Source of the DNA: Myxococcales bacterium
GTDB taxonomy: Bacteria > Myxococcota_A > Polyangia > Polyangiales > DASUME01
Assembly: GCA_047601445.1 (NCBI GenBank)
Contig: JASGJH010000001.1
Coordinates: 8,448,001 to 8,512,000, forward strand
DNA: 64,000 bases
Reading direction: 5' to 3'
The translations under genes and the position numbers were made by a program. This document shows positions 49,069 through 59,566 of the stretch, in pieces; the stretch's first letter is position 1, and every line of letters starts with the position of its first letter. The notes under the pieces were generated by a model. That model was not told where the DNA came from. It saw only the letters and a list, made by a program, of their open reading frames with translations, and did no database searches.

Positions 49069-50259
49069 TCACCTCGGCGTGACCTGATTGGATTCCAGGT
49101 GGTTGTTCTCGCCATACACGGCGAGGCCGACCCCGGCAGTATCGGTGATGCGATTGCCGACCACGATGTTGTCGTCGCTGTCGATCAAGAAACCGAAGTC
49201 CCCATTGTCGAAGGCGGCGTTGTTCTCCAGCTGACTATAGGAAGAGTCGCCGTCGACCAGCAGCGCTGCGGTGCTGAAGTCGCTCAGCCGGTTGCGTTCG
49301 ACCAGCGTGTACCGGGCTCCCTCTCCGGACACACGGATGCCGATGCTCCCATGGCGCAGCAGATTGGCGGTCAACTCGTTGTTCTCCGTGGGGCCCGCGC
49401 TGCCGATCACGCTGATGCCGCTCGCGCTGGCCCCTTCGATCTTGTTCGCCTCGACCACGGCCTCGCTCGTCGCCAGGAGCGCCACGCCGATCTCGCAGTG
49501 ATCGATGTGATTGAGCGCGACTTCCGTGTGAGGCGCCGAGCCGAACAACAAGATGCCGGTGGATTCCGTTCCCTCCCCCAGATACTCGTTGCCTTCGACG
49601 TGGTTGAGCTTGATGCTGGCATGGGCACCCCCGCTCACCTGAATGCCGTTCTGAGCGATGATGGTTACCGGACCCATGCCCGTCACGCGATTGAGATAGA
49701 TCTCCGCGTCCACGTCGCCTACCACCAGGATGCCCGTCTTTTGATAGGTGATCACGCGATTGCCCGTGATGTGCACCTGGCGTGTCCCCGGATGCGTGCC
49801 GTCGAAGGGCGGACTGCGCACCTCGATGCCGGACCCTTCCTGACAGCCGCTGTTGACCTGTCGAATGTTGCGCACCGTGTTGCCCACCAGCGATCCAGAC
49901 GCCGACTCGAGGTAGATGCCCCGCAACCGCAAGTCCACTGGCGTGGCCGCATCACATGCGTTGGCCAGGCTTTGCGTGTCGATCACGAGATTGCGCACGT
50001 GCGCCACCGCTCCGCTGTTCTTGACCACCGCGCCCAAGAAATGCCCGCCCGCCGGGTCGCGCGCCGTGATCGTTTTTCCCGCTCCCTCCAGGGTCATCCC
50101 GTTCGGCACGTTCAGCGTGGCATCCGTCGAGCAGTTCGTCCGAAGCACCATCGTTTTGCCCAGGGTGGTGAACACGCAGTCCGATTCTGCGCGCGCCTCC
50201 GTCACGTTCACGCTCCAGAGCCCCAGCGCTACCAAGCCGCCAACCGCGAGTCGCTTCAT
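49069..50259 (-). CDS. Secreted right-handed parallel beta-helix protein (NosD/pectin-lyase fold)
   Basis: Signal peptide; repeated N-x-I/GI patterns (YQKTGILV, AQNGIQVS). Confidence 0.82.
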   Translation of the reverse strand: MKRLAVGGLVALGLWSVNVTEARAESDCVFTTLGKTMVLRTNCSTDATLNVPNGMTLEGAGKTITARDPAGGHFLGAVVKNSGAVAHVRNLVIDTQSLANACDAATPVDLRLRGIYLESASGSLVGNTVRNIRQVNSGCQEGSGIEVRSPPFDGTHPGTRQVHITGNRVITYQKTGILVVGDVDAEIYLNRVTGMGPVTIIAQNGIQVSGGAHASIKLNHVEGNEYLGEGTESTGILLFGSAPHTEVALNHIDHCEIGVALLATSEAVVEANKIEGASASGISVIGSAGPTENNELTANLLRHGSIGIRVSGEGARYTLVERNRLSDFSTAALLVDGDSSYSQLENNAAFDNGDFGFLIDSDDNIVVGNRITDTAGVGLAVYGENNHLESNQVTPR

Positions 50260-50446
50260 GGTCGCCCCCTTGTGGTGGCCACCATAGGGCAATAACGAGC
50301 CGGACTTTGCAACCGGGTTGATCGGCGAGCGTGGAGCTCATCAACGGCGGCGGGCAGCGCGCCACACACAGGATGCGACAGCTCGAAATTGGGAACGCTG
50401 CGATTGCCCTTGCCTGTCCACCGGCATTGGCCGACGCTCTGCCACC

Positions 50447-51457
50447 ATGAACCACAATGAATTGCCACCGCAGTCTGTTGTTCTCCAGATGCTCATGGGC
50501 TCTTGGGTTGCGCAAGCCCTCGGGGCTGTCGCGCGCCTCGGTGTGGCCGATCAACTCGCAAGCGGGCCGAAGAGCTCCGGTGATCTTGCCAAGGCCGTGG
50601 GCGCGCACGCAGAGAGCCTGAGGCGCACCATGAGGGCCCTGGCGAGTGTGGGCATCTTCTCGGTACCAAACCCAGACCATTGGTCGCTCACGCCCCTCGG
50701 GGACTGCCTGCGCACCGATGCAGTGGGATCCCTACGCTACATGCTGATCGCCGAAACCGACCACGCCCACTGGGCCACCTGGGGGCGCTTCACGGACGCA
50801 GTGCGCAGCGGACAACCGCAGGCCCAGACCGCGCTCGGGATGATGCCCTGGGACTACTACGCGGCCCACCCCGAGGATGGATCCGCCTTCAGCAGGGCGA
50901 TGGCGAACATCTCATCCATGGCAACGGGGCCACTGCTCGCGTCCTATGACTTCTCCAATGCTCCGCGCATCGCGGACATCGGAGGCGCGTACGGCGCCTT
51001 GCTCGCCGCCGTCCTGCGCAGCCAGCCCAAGGCGCGCGGCATCCTGTTCGATCGGCCGCACGTGGTAGCCGGCGCGGACGAGGTACTCGGAGACGTCAGC
51101 GCGCGCGTGGAACGCGTAGGTGGCGACTTCCTCTCGCAGAGCGTGCCCGCAGCAGACATCTATCTCCTCAAGCACATCCTGCACGACTGGGACGACGATA
51201 CCTCGGTCAAGATCCTCCAAAACCTCCGCGCCGGCATGCCGCCAGGCGCACGCGCCTTGATCATCGAGCTGATCCTCCCCGAACAGATCGAACCCGGACC
51301 AGGCGCGTGGATGGACCTCAACATGCTCGTGATGCTAGGCGGCAAAGAGCGCAGCGCGGCAGGGTACGAGACGTTGCTCGCGCGCGCTGGGTTGAAGACG
51401 AAGCGGGTGATCGCGACACCGAGCCCCTTTGGGATTGTGGAGGCGGTGGCGAAGTAA
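50447..51457 (+). CDS. SAM-dependent O-methyltransferase with dimerisation domain
   Basis: ADIGGAYG, GGDFL, YLLKHILHDWDD, DLNMLV..GGKER. Confidence 0.9.
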   Translation: MNHNELPPQSVVLQMLMGSWVAQALGAVARLGVADQLASGPKSSGDLAKAVGAHAESLRRTMRALASVGIFSVPNPDHWSLTPLGDCLRTDAVGSLRYMLIAETDHAHWATWGRFTDAVRSGQPQAQTALGMMPWDYYAAHPEDGSAFSRAMANISSMATGPLLASYDFSNAPRIADIGGAYGALLAAVLRSQPKARGILFDRPHVVAGADEVLGDVSARVERVGGDFLSQSVPAADIYLLKHILHDWDDDTSVKILQNLRAGMPPGARALIIELILPEQIEPGPGAWMDLNMLVMLGGKERSAAGYETLLARAGLKTKRVIATPSPFGIVEAVAK

Positions 51458-51788
51458 CGGCAGAATAGCTGGGCGACAAGTCGGGCGTAGCGCTGGCCCC
51501 ATACCGAGACCGGATACGCCAAGACCGTGGGGCATCGCGTCGCTCCGTACGAGTTGGCGGTCCGTTCCCGGGCCCGGGGCGCCGGCGGGAGGGCGAGGCC
51601 AGTGGTCATCACCCCGAGTCACCTTTGCGACCTAGAAACTGTGCGCATATGGTCAGGCCCGACCTAATATGCTCAAACCGCGACCCTTCGGGCGTGATGG
51701 CCTTTCTCAGGCACCGGAGAGCGCGTTCCGGCACGGTGGCCTTCCCCGCCCTCGAGCCCGCCGAGTTCGCCTCTTTGCAGCCATCGCC

Positions 51789-52775
51789 ATGGCCTGCCTC
51801 ACTGCGATGCAAGGCTCGGTGGCACGCGCCGACGATAGGCCCGCTGGCCACAAGTCACAGACCGCGGCGGAACAAGCCCACTCCCAGAAAGTCCTACGTC
51901 AGGCAGTGGCCGAATTCGAGCTGGGCAACTGGACCGAGGCGCGGGCGCTGTTCGAGCAGGTACACGAGGTGTCGCCGAGCGCGCGCACGCTGCGAGCCAT
52001 CGGCCTGTGTTCGTTCGAAGAAAAGCACTACGTCGAGGCACTGAGATACCTCACCAGCGCCCTCGATGATCAGCGCAAGCCCCTGACCGACGATGAGCGG
52101 CACAAGCTCACCGAGGTCATCGCGCGTGCGCGCTCGTTCGTGGCTTCCTACGAGCTGGTCCTCTCGCCTGCACACGCAAAGGTGAGTGTCGACGAGCGCG
52201 CAGCAGTGATGCTCGACAGCAAGTTGCTGCTCGACCCAGGTGTGCACGAACTGGCGGTGAGCGCCGAGGGCTACCGCGACCACAGGCGACGTATCGAGGC
52301 CCAACCGCGTGATCACGGTAAGCTCCAGGTTTCGCTCGAATCGAACGTGGCCGTCGAATTGCCGATGGCGGTAGCAACTCCGCCAGCGCAGCGGCCAGCG
52401 ACCTCCGTCGCAGTGGCCCCCGGCCCAACGCCCTCGAGGCGCGATGACCAAGGTGGTCGCAGGACCCTGGCTTGGGCTGCTCTCGCCAGCTCGGGTGTGA
52501 TCGCCATCACCGGTGGCGTGCTCTTGGGCCTGGGTTTGAAGGACGCGGCGAGCGTGACCGACGCATCGAACGGGACGCGTTGGGAAGAGATCGAAGGCGC
52601 GCACGATCGGGCTGGGCCCCTGCAAACAGCGGGTATCGTCGCGCTCGGAGTGGGTGGCGTAGGGATCGTGCTCAGCTCTGTTTGGCTCGCGGTGGGTCGC
52701 AGGAAGAGCGTGGACTCCACGCGTGCGCAACTGGGGCTGGGGCCGAACGGTCTGGTGCTGCGAGGTCGACTGTGA
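51789..52775 (+). CDS. TPR plus PEGA-domain exported protein (start uncertain)
   Basis: TPR helices, PEGA LDPGVHELAVSAEGY, C-terminal hydrophobic segments. Confidence 0.78.
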   Translation: MACLTAMQGSVARADDRPAGHKSQTAAEQAHSQKVLRQAVAEFELGNWTEARALFEQVHEVSPSARTLRAIGLCSFEEKHYVEALRYLTSALDDQRKPLTDDERHKLTEVIARARSFVASYELVLSPAHAKVSVDERAAVMLDSKLLLDPGVHELAVSAEGYRDHRRRIEAQPRDHGKLQVSLESNVAVELPMAVATPPAQRPATSVAVAPGPTPSRRDDQGGRRTLAWAALASSGVIAITGGVLLGLGLKDAASVTDASNGTRWEEIEGAHDRAGPLQTAGIVALGVGGVGIVLSSVWLAVGRRKSVDSTRAQLGLGPNGLVLRGRL

Positions 52776-52783
52776 GAGCGGCG

Positions 52784-54766
52784 ATGAACCGGGCGCCGCA
52801 AGGCAGGCTCGCACTGGTGCTCTCGCTCTGGCTGTCGGCCTGCGTAGCACCGAAAATCCCGGAGGGTGTGTTGAGCTGCCAAGGCAGCGACGAGTGCCCG
52901 GACGGCTGGGCTTGCCGCGATGACCACCGATGCTGGTCACGGGCGGGGGCCAGCGACGGTGCCGTGCTTCCCTCCGATCAGCCGAGCGGTGATGGCGATG
53001 CGGCTGCAGATGCAAACACTAGTTCCTTGGATGGAGATGCCTCAGGACCGGACTCGTCCGTTGACGCCGGTCAGGTTGTCATCGCGTGCGCTCGCGATGG
53101 AGATCCGTGCGACGACGGACAGTTCTGCACAGTCGATGACAAGTGCGTAGGCGGCGCGTGCCACGGGATGACTGCACGCCGCTGCGAAGACCAAGTCGAC
53201 TGCAACGGAGTCGAGACCTGTGACGAACTCGCGGACCGCTGCGCCGAAGGCCAGGTCACGTGCGTCGACCCGCTGCTTTGCGACACCAAGACCGACGGTT
53301 GCGTGTCTGGTTGTCCGGACTGCACCATCGACCGCACCTGTGTCGCTGCGAACGCGACGAAGCTGGGCAATCCTTGCCTTGTCTGCGACCCTGACCGCGA
53401 CCGCAACGGGTGGAGCCACAACGACGGCGTGAGCTGCGGCAACGCGGATGACACGCAGTGCACCCAGCCCGACTCGTGCCTCGGGGGGGGCTGCCGGTCC
53501 AATCACGTGGCGAATGGAACCAATTGCGGCACGGGTCCAGAGGAGTGCTCCGCGCAAGACACCTGTGACGGCAATGGCGTATGCGCCCCCAACCATCGCG
53601 CGACATCGGTGACCTGCGGCGTGGCCGCGACCGCCTGTCGCAATGCCAGTAACTGCGATGGCAGCGGTGCGTGCGGAGCGGTGAGCTTTCGCTCCAGCGA
53701 CGTGGCCTGTGATGCCGACGGCAATCCGCGCACCGTGGATCACTGCAGCGGCAGCGACGCCAGCTGCGTCATGGGCGCCGACTATTGCACCACCAATCGC
53801 TGCTGGGCCGTGCCTCCGACGGGACAGACGCACTGCTACAACGAAACCGTCGAGATCACGTGCCCAGGCAGCGCGGGCGGGTCAGCCTGCGCGACCACCA
53901 GCTTCTGCGGACAGGACGCGCAAGTGACCGATCCCGCGCGCACATTCACGTGCAAGGCATCGGGTGGCACGGACAAGAGCTGCGCGGGCGCGGCCGCCGC
54001 TACCGACATGGTCGTCGATTCGCGCTCTCAGCTGTGGTGGCAACGCGAGGGACCCAGCGATTATGCGGCCGCATGCGGCGGCGCAACCCAGTACTGCACG
54101 TTCAGCAAGGCCACGAGCTACTGCAACGACGTGACCTACGGCGGCTACAGTGATTGGCGGATGCCGGATCTCTTCGAGCTGCTCTCGATCACGCACTACA
54201 ATCTGCCCGCGCTGCCCGGTTCGGACTATCCAGGAGACCTTACGAAGACCCTGTGGAGCTCCACGATGTCGCCAGTGACAGGCACGGAGGCCTACGTCAT
54301 GACGCCGGCTTACCCGTCGCCGATCATGAGCACCCTCGACAACGACACGCCGATTCGATGCGTGCGTAGTGGACCGAGCGGACCTCGCAACGGCGCCAAC
54401 AGATTCACTCAACTGGGCACAATGCAACCCACGACCTACGACCGCGCAACAGGCCTCGAATGGACCCGACGCGGCGAGTACGGAACCTGGAGCCAGGCGC
54501 TTTCCCTATGCGAGGGACTCGACTACGCAGGACATACGGACTGGCATCTGCCGAATCATCAGCAGGCCTTCTCGCTGATGAACCTCGACGAAAACATCAA
54601 TCCCTCGACCGACTTTCCAGGCATCGAGATCATGCCCTACTGGTCCTCGACGACCCTGGTCAGTATCCCCACGAGGGCCTTCGTGGCGGACTTCGACCAT
54701 GGCCACTTCGCAGCCTACACGAAGACGTCAACGGTTGAGGGGATCCTCTGCGTACGGGGGAATTAG
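52784..54766 (+). CDS. Cys-rich lipoprotein with two C-terminal DUF1566 (Lcl/C-type lectin-like) domains
   Basis: Lipobox LSAC; CDDGQFCT-type repeats; GGYSDWRMP..EL and AGHTDWHLP; ends LCVR. Confidence 0.85.
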   Translation: MNRAPQGRLALVLSLWLSACVAPKIPEGVLSCQGSDECPDGWACRDDHRCWSRAGASDGAVLPSDQPSGDGDAAADANTSSLDGDASGPDSSVDAGQVVIACARDGDPCDDGQFCTVDDKCVGGACHGMTARRCEDQVDCNGVETCDELADRCAEGQVTCVDPLLCDTKTDGCVSGCPDCTIDRTCVAANATKLGNPCLVCDPDRDRNGWSHNDGVSCGNADDTQCTQPDSCLGGGCRSNHVANGTNCGTGPEECSAQDTCDGNGVCAPNHRATSVTCGVAATACRNASNCDGSGACGAVSFRSSDVACDADGNPRTVDHCSGSDASCVMGADYCTTNRCWAVPPTGQTHCYNETVEITCPGSAGGSACATTSFCGQDAQVTDPARTFTCKASGGTDKSCAGAAAATDMVVDSRSQLWWQREGPSDYAAACGGATQYCTFSKATSYCNDVTYGGYSDWRMPDLFELLSITHYNLPALPGSDYPGDLTKTLWSSTMSPVTGTEAYVMTPAYPSPIMSTLDNDTPIRCVRSGPSGPRNGANRFTQLGTMQPTTYDRATGLEWTRRGEYGTWSQALSLCEGLDYAGHTDWHLPNHQQAFSLMNLDENINPSTDFPGIEIMPYWSSTTLVSIPTRAFVADFDHGHFAAYTKTSTVEGILCVRGN

Positions 54767-54815
54767 CGCGGCCGAGAGGCGCTCTCGGAGCATGGAGCTC
54801 AACCTCGAGCGTGCG

Positions 54816-55265
54816 TCAGAACCCAATCTCGTTGAGCCCGGCCTGCTTGCGCTCGAGGCGACTCGTGAAGTCCAGGGTGCGCACGTAAAGCTGCCGCCGC
54901 GCGCTGCTCAGCGCGACCTCGGGCATGCCGGTGACCCCGACCGGATAGGACACCGGTCGCATCCAGGAGAGCGCGGTGAGCGTGGTCCGGATGCGGCGCG
55001 AGCTGCTGATCACGAAGTGCCCGAGGCAGCGCTGGGCCAGCGCAGGGTTGCGGATGACCTGATCGAACACGGCGTCCCGCGCCTCTTCACTGAGCTCTTC
55101 CGCTGCGGTCCAATCGTGCACGACCGTGAAATCGTCGCGCCGTTCGAGCAGCTCCCGGGTGTACCGAGCGAGGTCGGACTCCAGCGTATCCAACGAGTCT
55201 GCTTCACCCTCCAGCCGACACAGGACCAAGGGGTAGTGTGCGAGTTCGATGTGCAGAGTCGCCAT
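54816..55265 (-). CDS. Hypothetical small alpha/beta protein
   Basis: 149-aa ORF with plausible composition; resembles STAS/SEC14-like myxobacterial proteins. Confidence 0.55.
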   Translation of the reverse strand: MATLHIELAHYPLVLCRLEGEADSLDTLESDLARYTRELLERRDDFTVVHDWTAAEELSEEARDAVFDQVIRNPALAQRCLGHFVISSSRRIRTTLTALSWMRPVSYPVGVTGMPEVALSSARRQLYVRTLDFTSRLERKQAGLNEIGF

Positions 55266-55869
55266 GGCTGGCGCCAGTGTCGTGCGCTCTGCGTGGGATG
55301 GAATGGGAAGAATTGCCCAATTAGTGGTGGAAATGAACCCTCCATGGGACTAATAGTCGGCTCGCCGCTCAGGCCGCCAGGCTTGGAGTTTGGTGTCCAA
55401 CATTTTCATGACAAGCGTTTGGTCGAGCACGATCCTGCGCAACAAAGAATCAGGCATGTCTCCTGCACACTGTCCTCCATTTCGGCATGTGCAGAACGCG
55501 AACCGCGGATTGATTCGTCGCTTTGGCGAGTCCCAGCGGCCAACCTCGCTTACCCCCATCAGGAATCATGGATTCTCCCTTGAAGTTTCCTAGCCCCGCC
55601 GCTCCCCCTGTGAACTTGCCCGGCGACTCCTCCAAACCTTGTCCTCAATCCATCAGGACTCGAGCGGCTGTCATCCAAGTCGTCGGTGCGCCTGGTTTCG
55701 ACATTGTCGGGAGGGCCACCTCACCGGAGGCCCAGGCGCGGGCGCAGTCGGGCGGGGACTTGTAAGGCCGGCGCGAAGAGCTTCCCGCCGTCAGGTGCGA
55801 TGGGCACGCGCGCGCCACTGCTTATATCGACGATCGATGTTGTTTCTGTCGATCCGGTATGATCGGAGC

Positions 55870-57126
55870 ATGGTTCGCATCTCGGACATCGAGGCTGCAC
55901 GAAGCCGGATTCGCGACGTCATCTACCTCTCGCCGTGCGCACATAGCCGCGTGCTCAGCAGGCGCCTCGACTGTGAGCTGTATCTCAAGCTCGAGAACCT
56001 GCAGATGACCGGCTCCTTCAAGGAGCGTGGCGCCTGCAACAAACTCATGCAGCTCTCTGCCGAGCAGCGTGAGGCGGGTGTCGTCTGTGCGAGCGCCGGC
56101 AACCATGCCCAGGGAGTCGCCTTTCACGCGCGCCGTCTCGGCATTCCGGCGACCATCGTGATGCCGCTCGCCACGCCGCTCGTGAAGAGCAGTTCGACAC
56201 GCGAGCTCGGTGCGGACGTCGTGCTGTTCGGAGCGAACTACGATGAAGCCTCCGGCGAAGCCCGGAGGTTGCACGCGGAGCGCGGCGGCACCTTCGTGCA
56301 TGGCTTCGACGACCCCGACGTGATCGCGGGGCAAGGCACCATCGGGCTCGAGCTGCTGGAGCAGGCGCCCAGGCTCCATGCCGTGCTGGTACCGGTCGGC
56401 GGCGGAGGCCTGATCTCGGGGATCGCGGTGGCGCTCAAGGAGCGCGCTCCCCATGTTCGCTTGTACGGCATCCAGAGTGCCGCCGTGCCCTCGATGTCCG
56501 CTGCGCTATCGGCGGGCACGTGCGTGGAGGTCGAGTCGAGCCGCACGTTTGCCGACGGCATCGCCGTGAAGCGCGTGGGCGGGCAGTGTCTCGAGATCTG
56601 TCAGCAGTACGTGGATGACGTGATCACGGTGGACGAAGAGACCATCGCCGAAGCCGTCCTCTTGCTACTCGAGCGCGAGAAGGTCGTGGCCGAAGGAGCC
56701 GGCGCTGCGGCCTTGGCGGGGCTCATCTCGGGCAAGCTACCCGACATGCGAGGACAGAACGTCGGCGTGATCGTCAGTGGCGGCAACATCGACGTCAACC
56801 TGATGACCCGCATCATCGACCGCGGCCTCTGGCGCAGCGGCCGCCGCGTGTGCCTCCGCTGCACCATCAACGACGTACCGGGAGCGCTCTCGGCCCTGCT
56901 CGGCATCATCGCGAGCAAACAGGGCAACGTGCTCGAGATCGAGCACGAACGCATCGGTGATGGCCTGGAGCTTGGACAGACCGAAGTCGAGATCCTGCTC
57001 GAGTCGCGCGGCTTCGAGCACATCGAGGAGATCGAGTCCGCACTCTCCCAGCTGGGCATCGCCAATGAGCGTGCCCACCATGCTGCGGTCGCGGGGGCGC
57101 GGCGGGCGTCGAGTGTGGTGCGGTAG
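55870..57126 (+). CDS. ilvA: Threonine ammonia-lyase (short form, C-terminal ACT domain)
   Basis: KLENLQMTGSFKERGA, ASAGNHAQGVA, PVGGGGLISG, SGGNID. Confidence 0.93.
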   Translation: MVRISDIEAARSRIRDVIYLSPCAHSRVLSRRLDCELYLKLENLQMTGSFKERGACNKLMQLSAEQREAGVVCASAGNHAQGVAFHARRLGIPATIVMPLATPLVKSSSTRELGADVVLFGANYDEASGEARRLHAERGGTFVHGFDDPDVIAGQGTIGLELLEQAPRLHAVLVPVGGGGLISGIAVALKERAPHVRLYGIQSAAVPSMSAALSAGTCVEVESSRTFADGIAVKRVGGQCLEICQQYVDDVITVDEETIAEAVLLLLEREKVVAEGAGAAALAGLISGKLPDMRGQNVGVIVSGGNIDVNLMTRIIDRGLWRSGRRVCLRCTINDVPGALSALLGIIASKQGNVLEIEHERIGDGLELGQTEVEILLESRGFEHIEEIESALSQLGIANERAHHAAVAGARRASSVVR

Positions 57127-57138
57127 GGACCTGATCCG

Positions 57139-58590
57139 CTACGGGCCGAGGTTGCGGAACGTGGCGGCGTCGGTCGAAAGGTCGCCGTACCAGTCGCACG
57201 GTTTGGTGAAGAGGTTAGCGCAGAAGGCGTTGTAAAAGCGGTCTACGGTCGTAAAGACGTGCTCTGCCGAGAAGTTCCAGGGCGGGTCCGAGGCGTCGGT
57301 CACCGCGGTGTTGATGAAGAAGGTTGCCGTCTTGGGGCCGCCAGTCTGACCGGAGGCGGCAGTCATGTCGGACCGAATATTCAGCATGGCGTTGTAGTAG
57401 CTCGTTTGGTCGATCCAACAGTTGTTGATGTCCGAAAACGCGCTTGATGCAGACTGGTTCTGCGCGCAATTCGCGTTCATTAGGCCCAAATGCCAGCGGA
57501 TGACGTAGTCGCTCATCGAGCTGATGAACGCGTAGCGAATCGACTTCTGGTTGTTCATTAGATAGTTGCGGTAAACCGGAAACCAGTTCTGAGCGTTCGT
57601 GCCTGCGCATGCCGAACCACAGCTCAAGACGGTCGCGTCGTAGTTGAACTTGGTGCGGATGGTTTGCTGCACGACCCCGCCACCGTAGTTGCTGCTGATT
57701 AGAGGGCCCGAGTCGTCGACGACGGTGAGCGTGACGTTCGAGGGCAGCATGGCTTTGAAGCGCTTCGCGTTGAACATCACGCCGTAGCCGCCCGCGCTGG
57801 CGCCATGCAGGATGATGCGCCGGTTCTGTCCCGCCGGTGGGGTTGGCAGAGTCGGCAAGATGCTGTTCACGATGTACGTGAAGAAGGTGGTGGCATTCTT
57901 GTAGCCGACGAAATGCAACGGCTTGGTGTGAGCCGCGTCGTTGGCCGTATCCCAAATCGTGTTGCCGCTGGCGTCCTTGGGCTCCAACCCTACGACTTCA
58001 TTCTGACCAGCGTGGAAGTCACCGGTGCAGTAAGGAATGAACACTTGGCTCCAGCCGGCGACCGGATTGTCCATCGTCCGGGCGTTGTCGAAGATGCCCA
58101 GATGGGATTCGTACTGCGCCGGGTCAGCGCTCGTGAACTTAGCCAGAGAGAAGTTTTGATTGGCCAGTTTTTCGCACGACGGCCGGTTGAAGCAAACACC
58201 ACCACCGTCCATGTAGACGACGAGGTTCGGTGAGCTGGTCGAGGGACGAAATCCCAGGCCGAGATTGTTTGTAGGGTCGGTCGAATCGTAGCCCGTCCCG
58301 TCCAAGCACTTCACTTGGTTCCCGAACCCCGTGATGTAGTTCCACTGATTGCCTGCCTCGTGACAGGTGTACGAAGAACCGCCCGGACAGGGGCTCAGCA
58401 CCGCCTGCTGTTCTCCGTTGACGCTGTCTTCAATCAGCCCCTCATCCTCGGGGCTTCCACAGCCTGCGAGCAACAAGACCAAGGACATCATCCCGGTGCG
58501 AGAAGCGAACAGTAAGGGTGAAAAGGTCTCTCGTAGGCTCTTCAAGGAACTCCTCCAGTCGTCTTTTTGACGCGCAGATCTCAACGTCAC
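57139..58590 (-). CDS. Pectinacetylesterase-family lipoprotein (start uncertain)
   Basis: Lipobox LAGC; CLDGT, MDGGGVC, IPYCTGDFH, GASAGGYG, DDSG. Confidence 0.82.
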   Translation of the reverse strand: MTLRSARQKDDWRSSLKSLRETFSPLLFASRTGMMSLVLLLAGCGSPEDEGLIEDSVNGEQQAVLSPCPGGSSYTCHEAGNQWNYITGFGNQVKCLDGTGYDSTDPTNNLGLGFRPSTSSPNLVVYMDGGGVCFNRPSCEKLANQNFSLAKFTSADPAQYESHLGIFDNARTMDNPVAGWSQVFIPYCTGDFHAGQNEVVGLEPKDASGNTIWDTANDAAHTKPLHFVGYKNATTFFTYIVNSILPTLPTPPAGQNRRIILHGASAGGYGVMFNAKRFKAMLPSNVTLTVVDDSGPLISSNYGGGVVQQTIRTKFNYDATVLSCGSACAGTNAQNWFPVYRNYLMNNQKSIRYAFISSMSDYVIRWHLGLMNANCAQNQSASSAFSDINNCWIDQTSYYNAMLNIRSDMTAASGQTGGPKTATFFINTAVTDASDPPWNFSAEHVFTTVDRFYNAFCANLFTKPCDWYGDLSTDAATFRNLGP

Positions 58591-58776
58591 GTGCTCTGCT
58601 TCATCGAGGATTCGATAGCAAAGCCATGACCAGTGCGGATTCGGAGCGAACTTTCTCTCGAAAACGTCGGCTTGTCAGCGAAGAACGCTTTTCGTTCGGC
58701 AGACTTGCAAGGTCCAAGCTATGACGCGCTTCGAGGACACGGCACAAGTCATTCACGCAGCGACCCAGGAGGGCCC

Positions 58777-59109
58777 ATGATCGTCGAGTACGTCCGCTAT
58801 CGCGTGCAGCCGGGGGAGGGCGAGCGCCTCATTCAGGCCTACGAGAGAGCTGCCGAGAGCCTGCGTCGCTCTGCCCATTGCCTCGGGTTCGAGCTCTCGC
58901 GCTGCGTGGAAGAGCCCGAGCAGTTCGTCCTGCGCATCACCTGGGATTCCGCCGAGGGACATATGACGGGCTTTCGCAAAGGGCCCGAGTTCGCGGCGTT
59001 CTTCGCGGCCGTCCAACCCTTCGTGAAGGCGATCGAAGAAATGCGGCACTACGCGCTGACCGAGGTTCGCTTCGAACGGAGCGGGCGCGTGGCGGAGCCT
59101 GGAGCCTAG
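58777..59109 (+). CDS. Antibiotic biosynthesis monooxygenase (ABM) family protein
   Basis: MIVEYVRY..., WDSAEGHMTGFR, IEEMRHY; AGGAGG RBS. Confidence 0.85.
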   Translation: MIVEYVRYRVQPGEGERLIQAYERAAESLRRSAHCLGFELSRCVEEPEQFVLRITWDSAEGHMTGFRKGPEFAAFFAAVQPFVKAIEEMRHYALTEVRFERSGRVAEPGA

Positions 59110-59183
59110 CCGATCGAGATGCGACGCGACCGAGCTGGCTGGGAGCCGCCCCGCGGGGCAGCGCTTTGCGCTACGCTCGCCCA

Positions 59184-59513
59184 ATGAGCGATGACGAGGA
59201 GCTGGCCATCCATGAGGCCGTCGATGCTGCCCTGAACGAACTCGCGGAGCGGCTCGGAGGCAGTTCGGACACGGGTGGACCGGTCGAGAATGCCACGCAG
59301 ATCAAGGGACGTGGAGACCTCGGGGTCCTGCTCACGGACGCGCAGGACCGCGTGCTCGGACGGGTGTGGATCTCGTTTGGTGCCGGGGTCCAGGTACCGA
59401 ATCAGGACCTCGCCTCCGGCGGCAACGTGCATGTACAGGCCGAGGTGTGCTCCGAGATCATCGAGCCGCCGCTCACGGTGGACGCGTGGCTGAACACGCT
59501 GTCCAAGCACTAG
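59184..59513 (+). CDS. Hypothetical protein
   Basis: 109-aa acidic ORF with GC3-biased codons. Confidence 0.55.
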   Translation: MSDDEELAIHEAVDAALNELAERLGGSSDTGGPVENATQIKGRGDLGVLLTDAQDRVLGRVWISFGAGVQVPNQDLASGGNVHVQAEVCSEIIEPPLTVDAWLNTLSKH

Positions 59514-59566
59514 GTCCGGTCCGACGCGGCGAGGCCACAGGTCGTTTAAGCGCCGCGGGCTGAACA

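Noticed and set aside
50447..51457. O-methyltransferase as part of the YcaO-TfuA cluster
   Set aside because: About 29 kb away with many unrelated genes in between
53800..54766. Diversity-generating retroelement targeting the DUF1566 domains
   Set aside because: No reverse transcriptase and no template/variable repeat pair seen in the window
55350..55458. 35-aa minus-strand ORF (MPDSLLRR...) with a nearby AGGAG
   Set aside because: No recognisable motif or supportive gene context; cannot be supported
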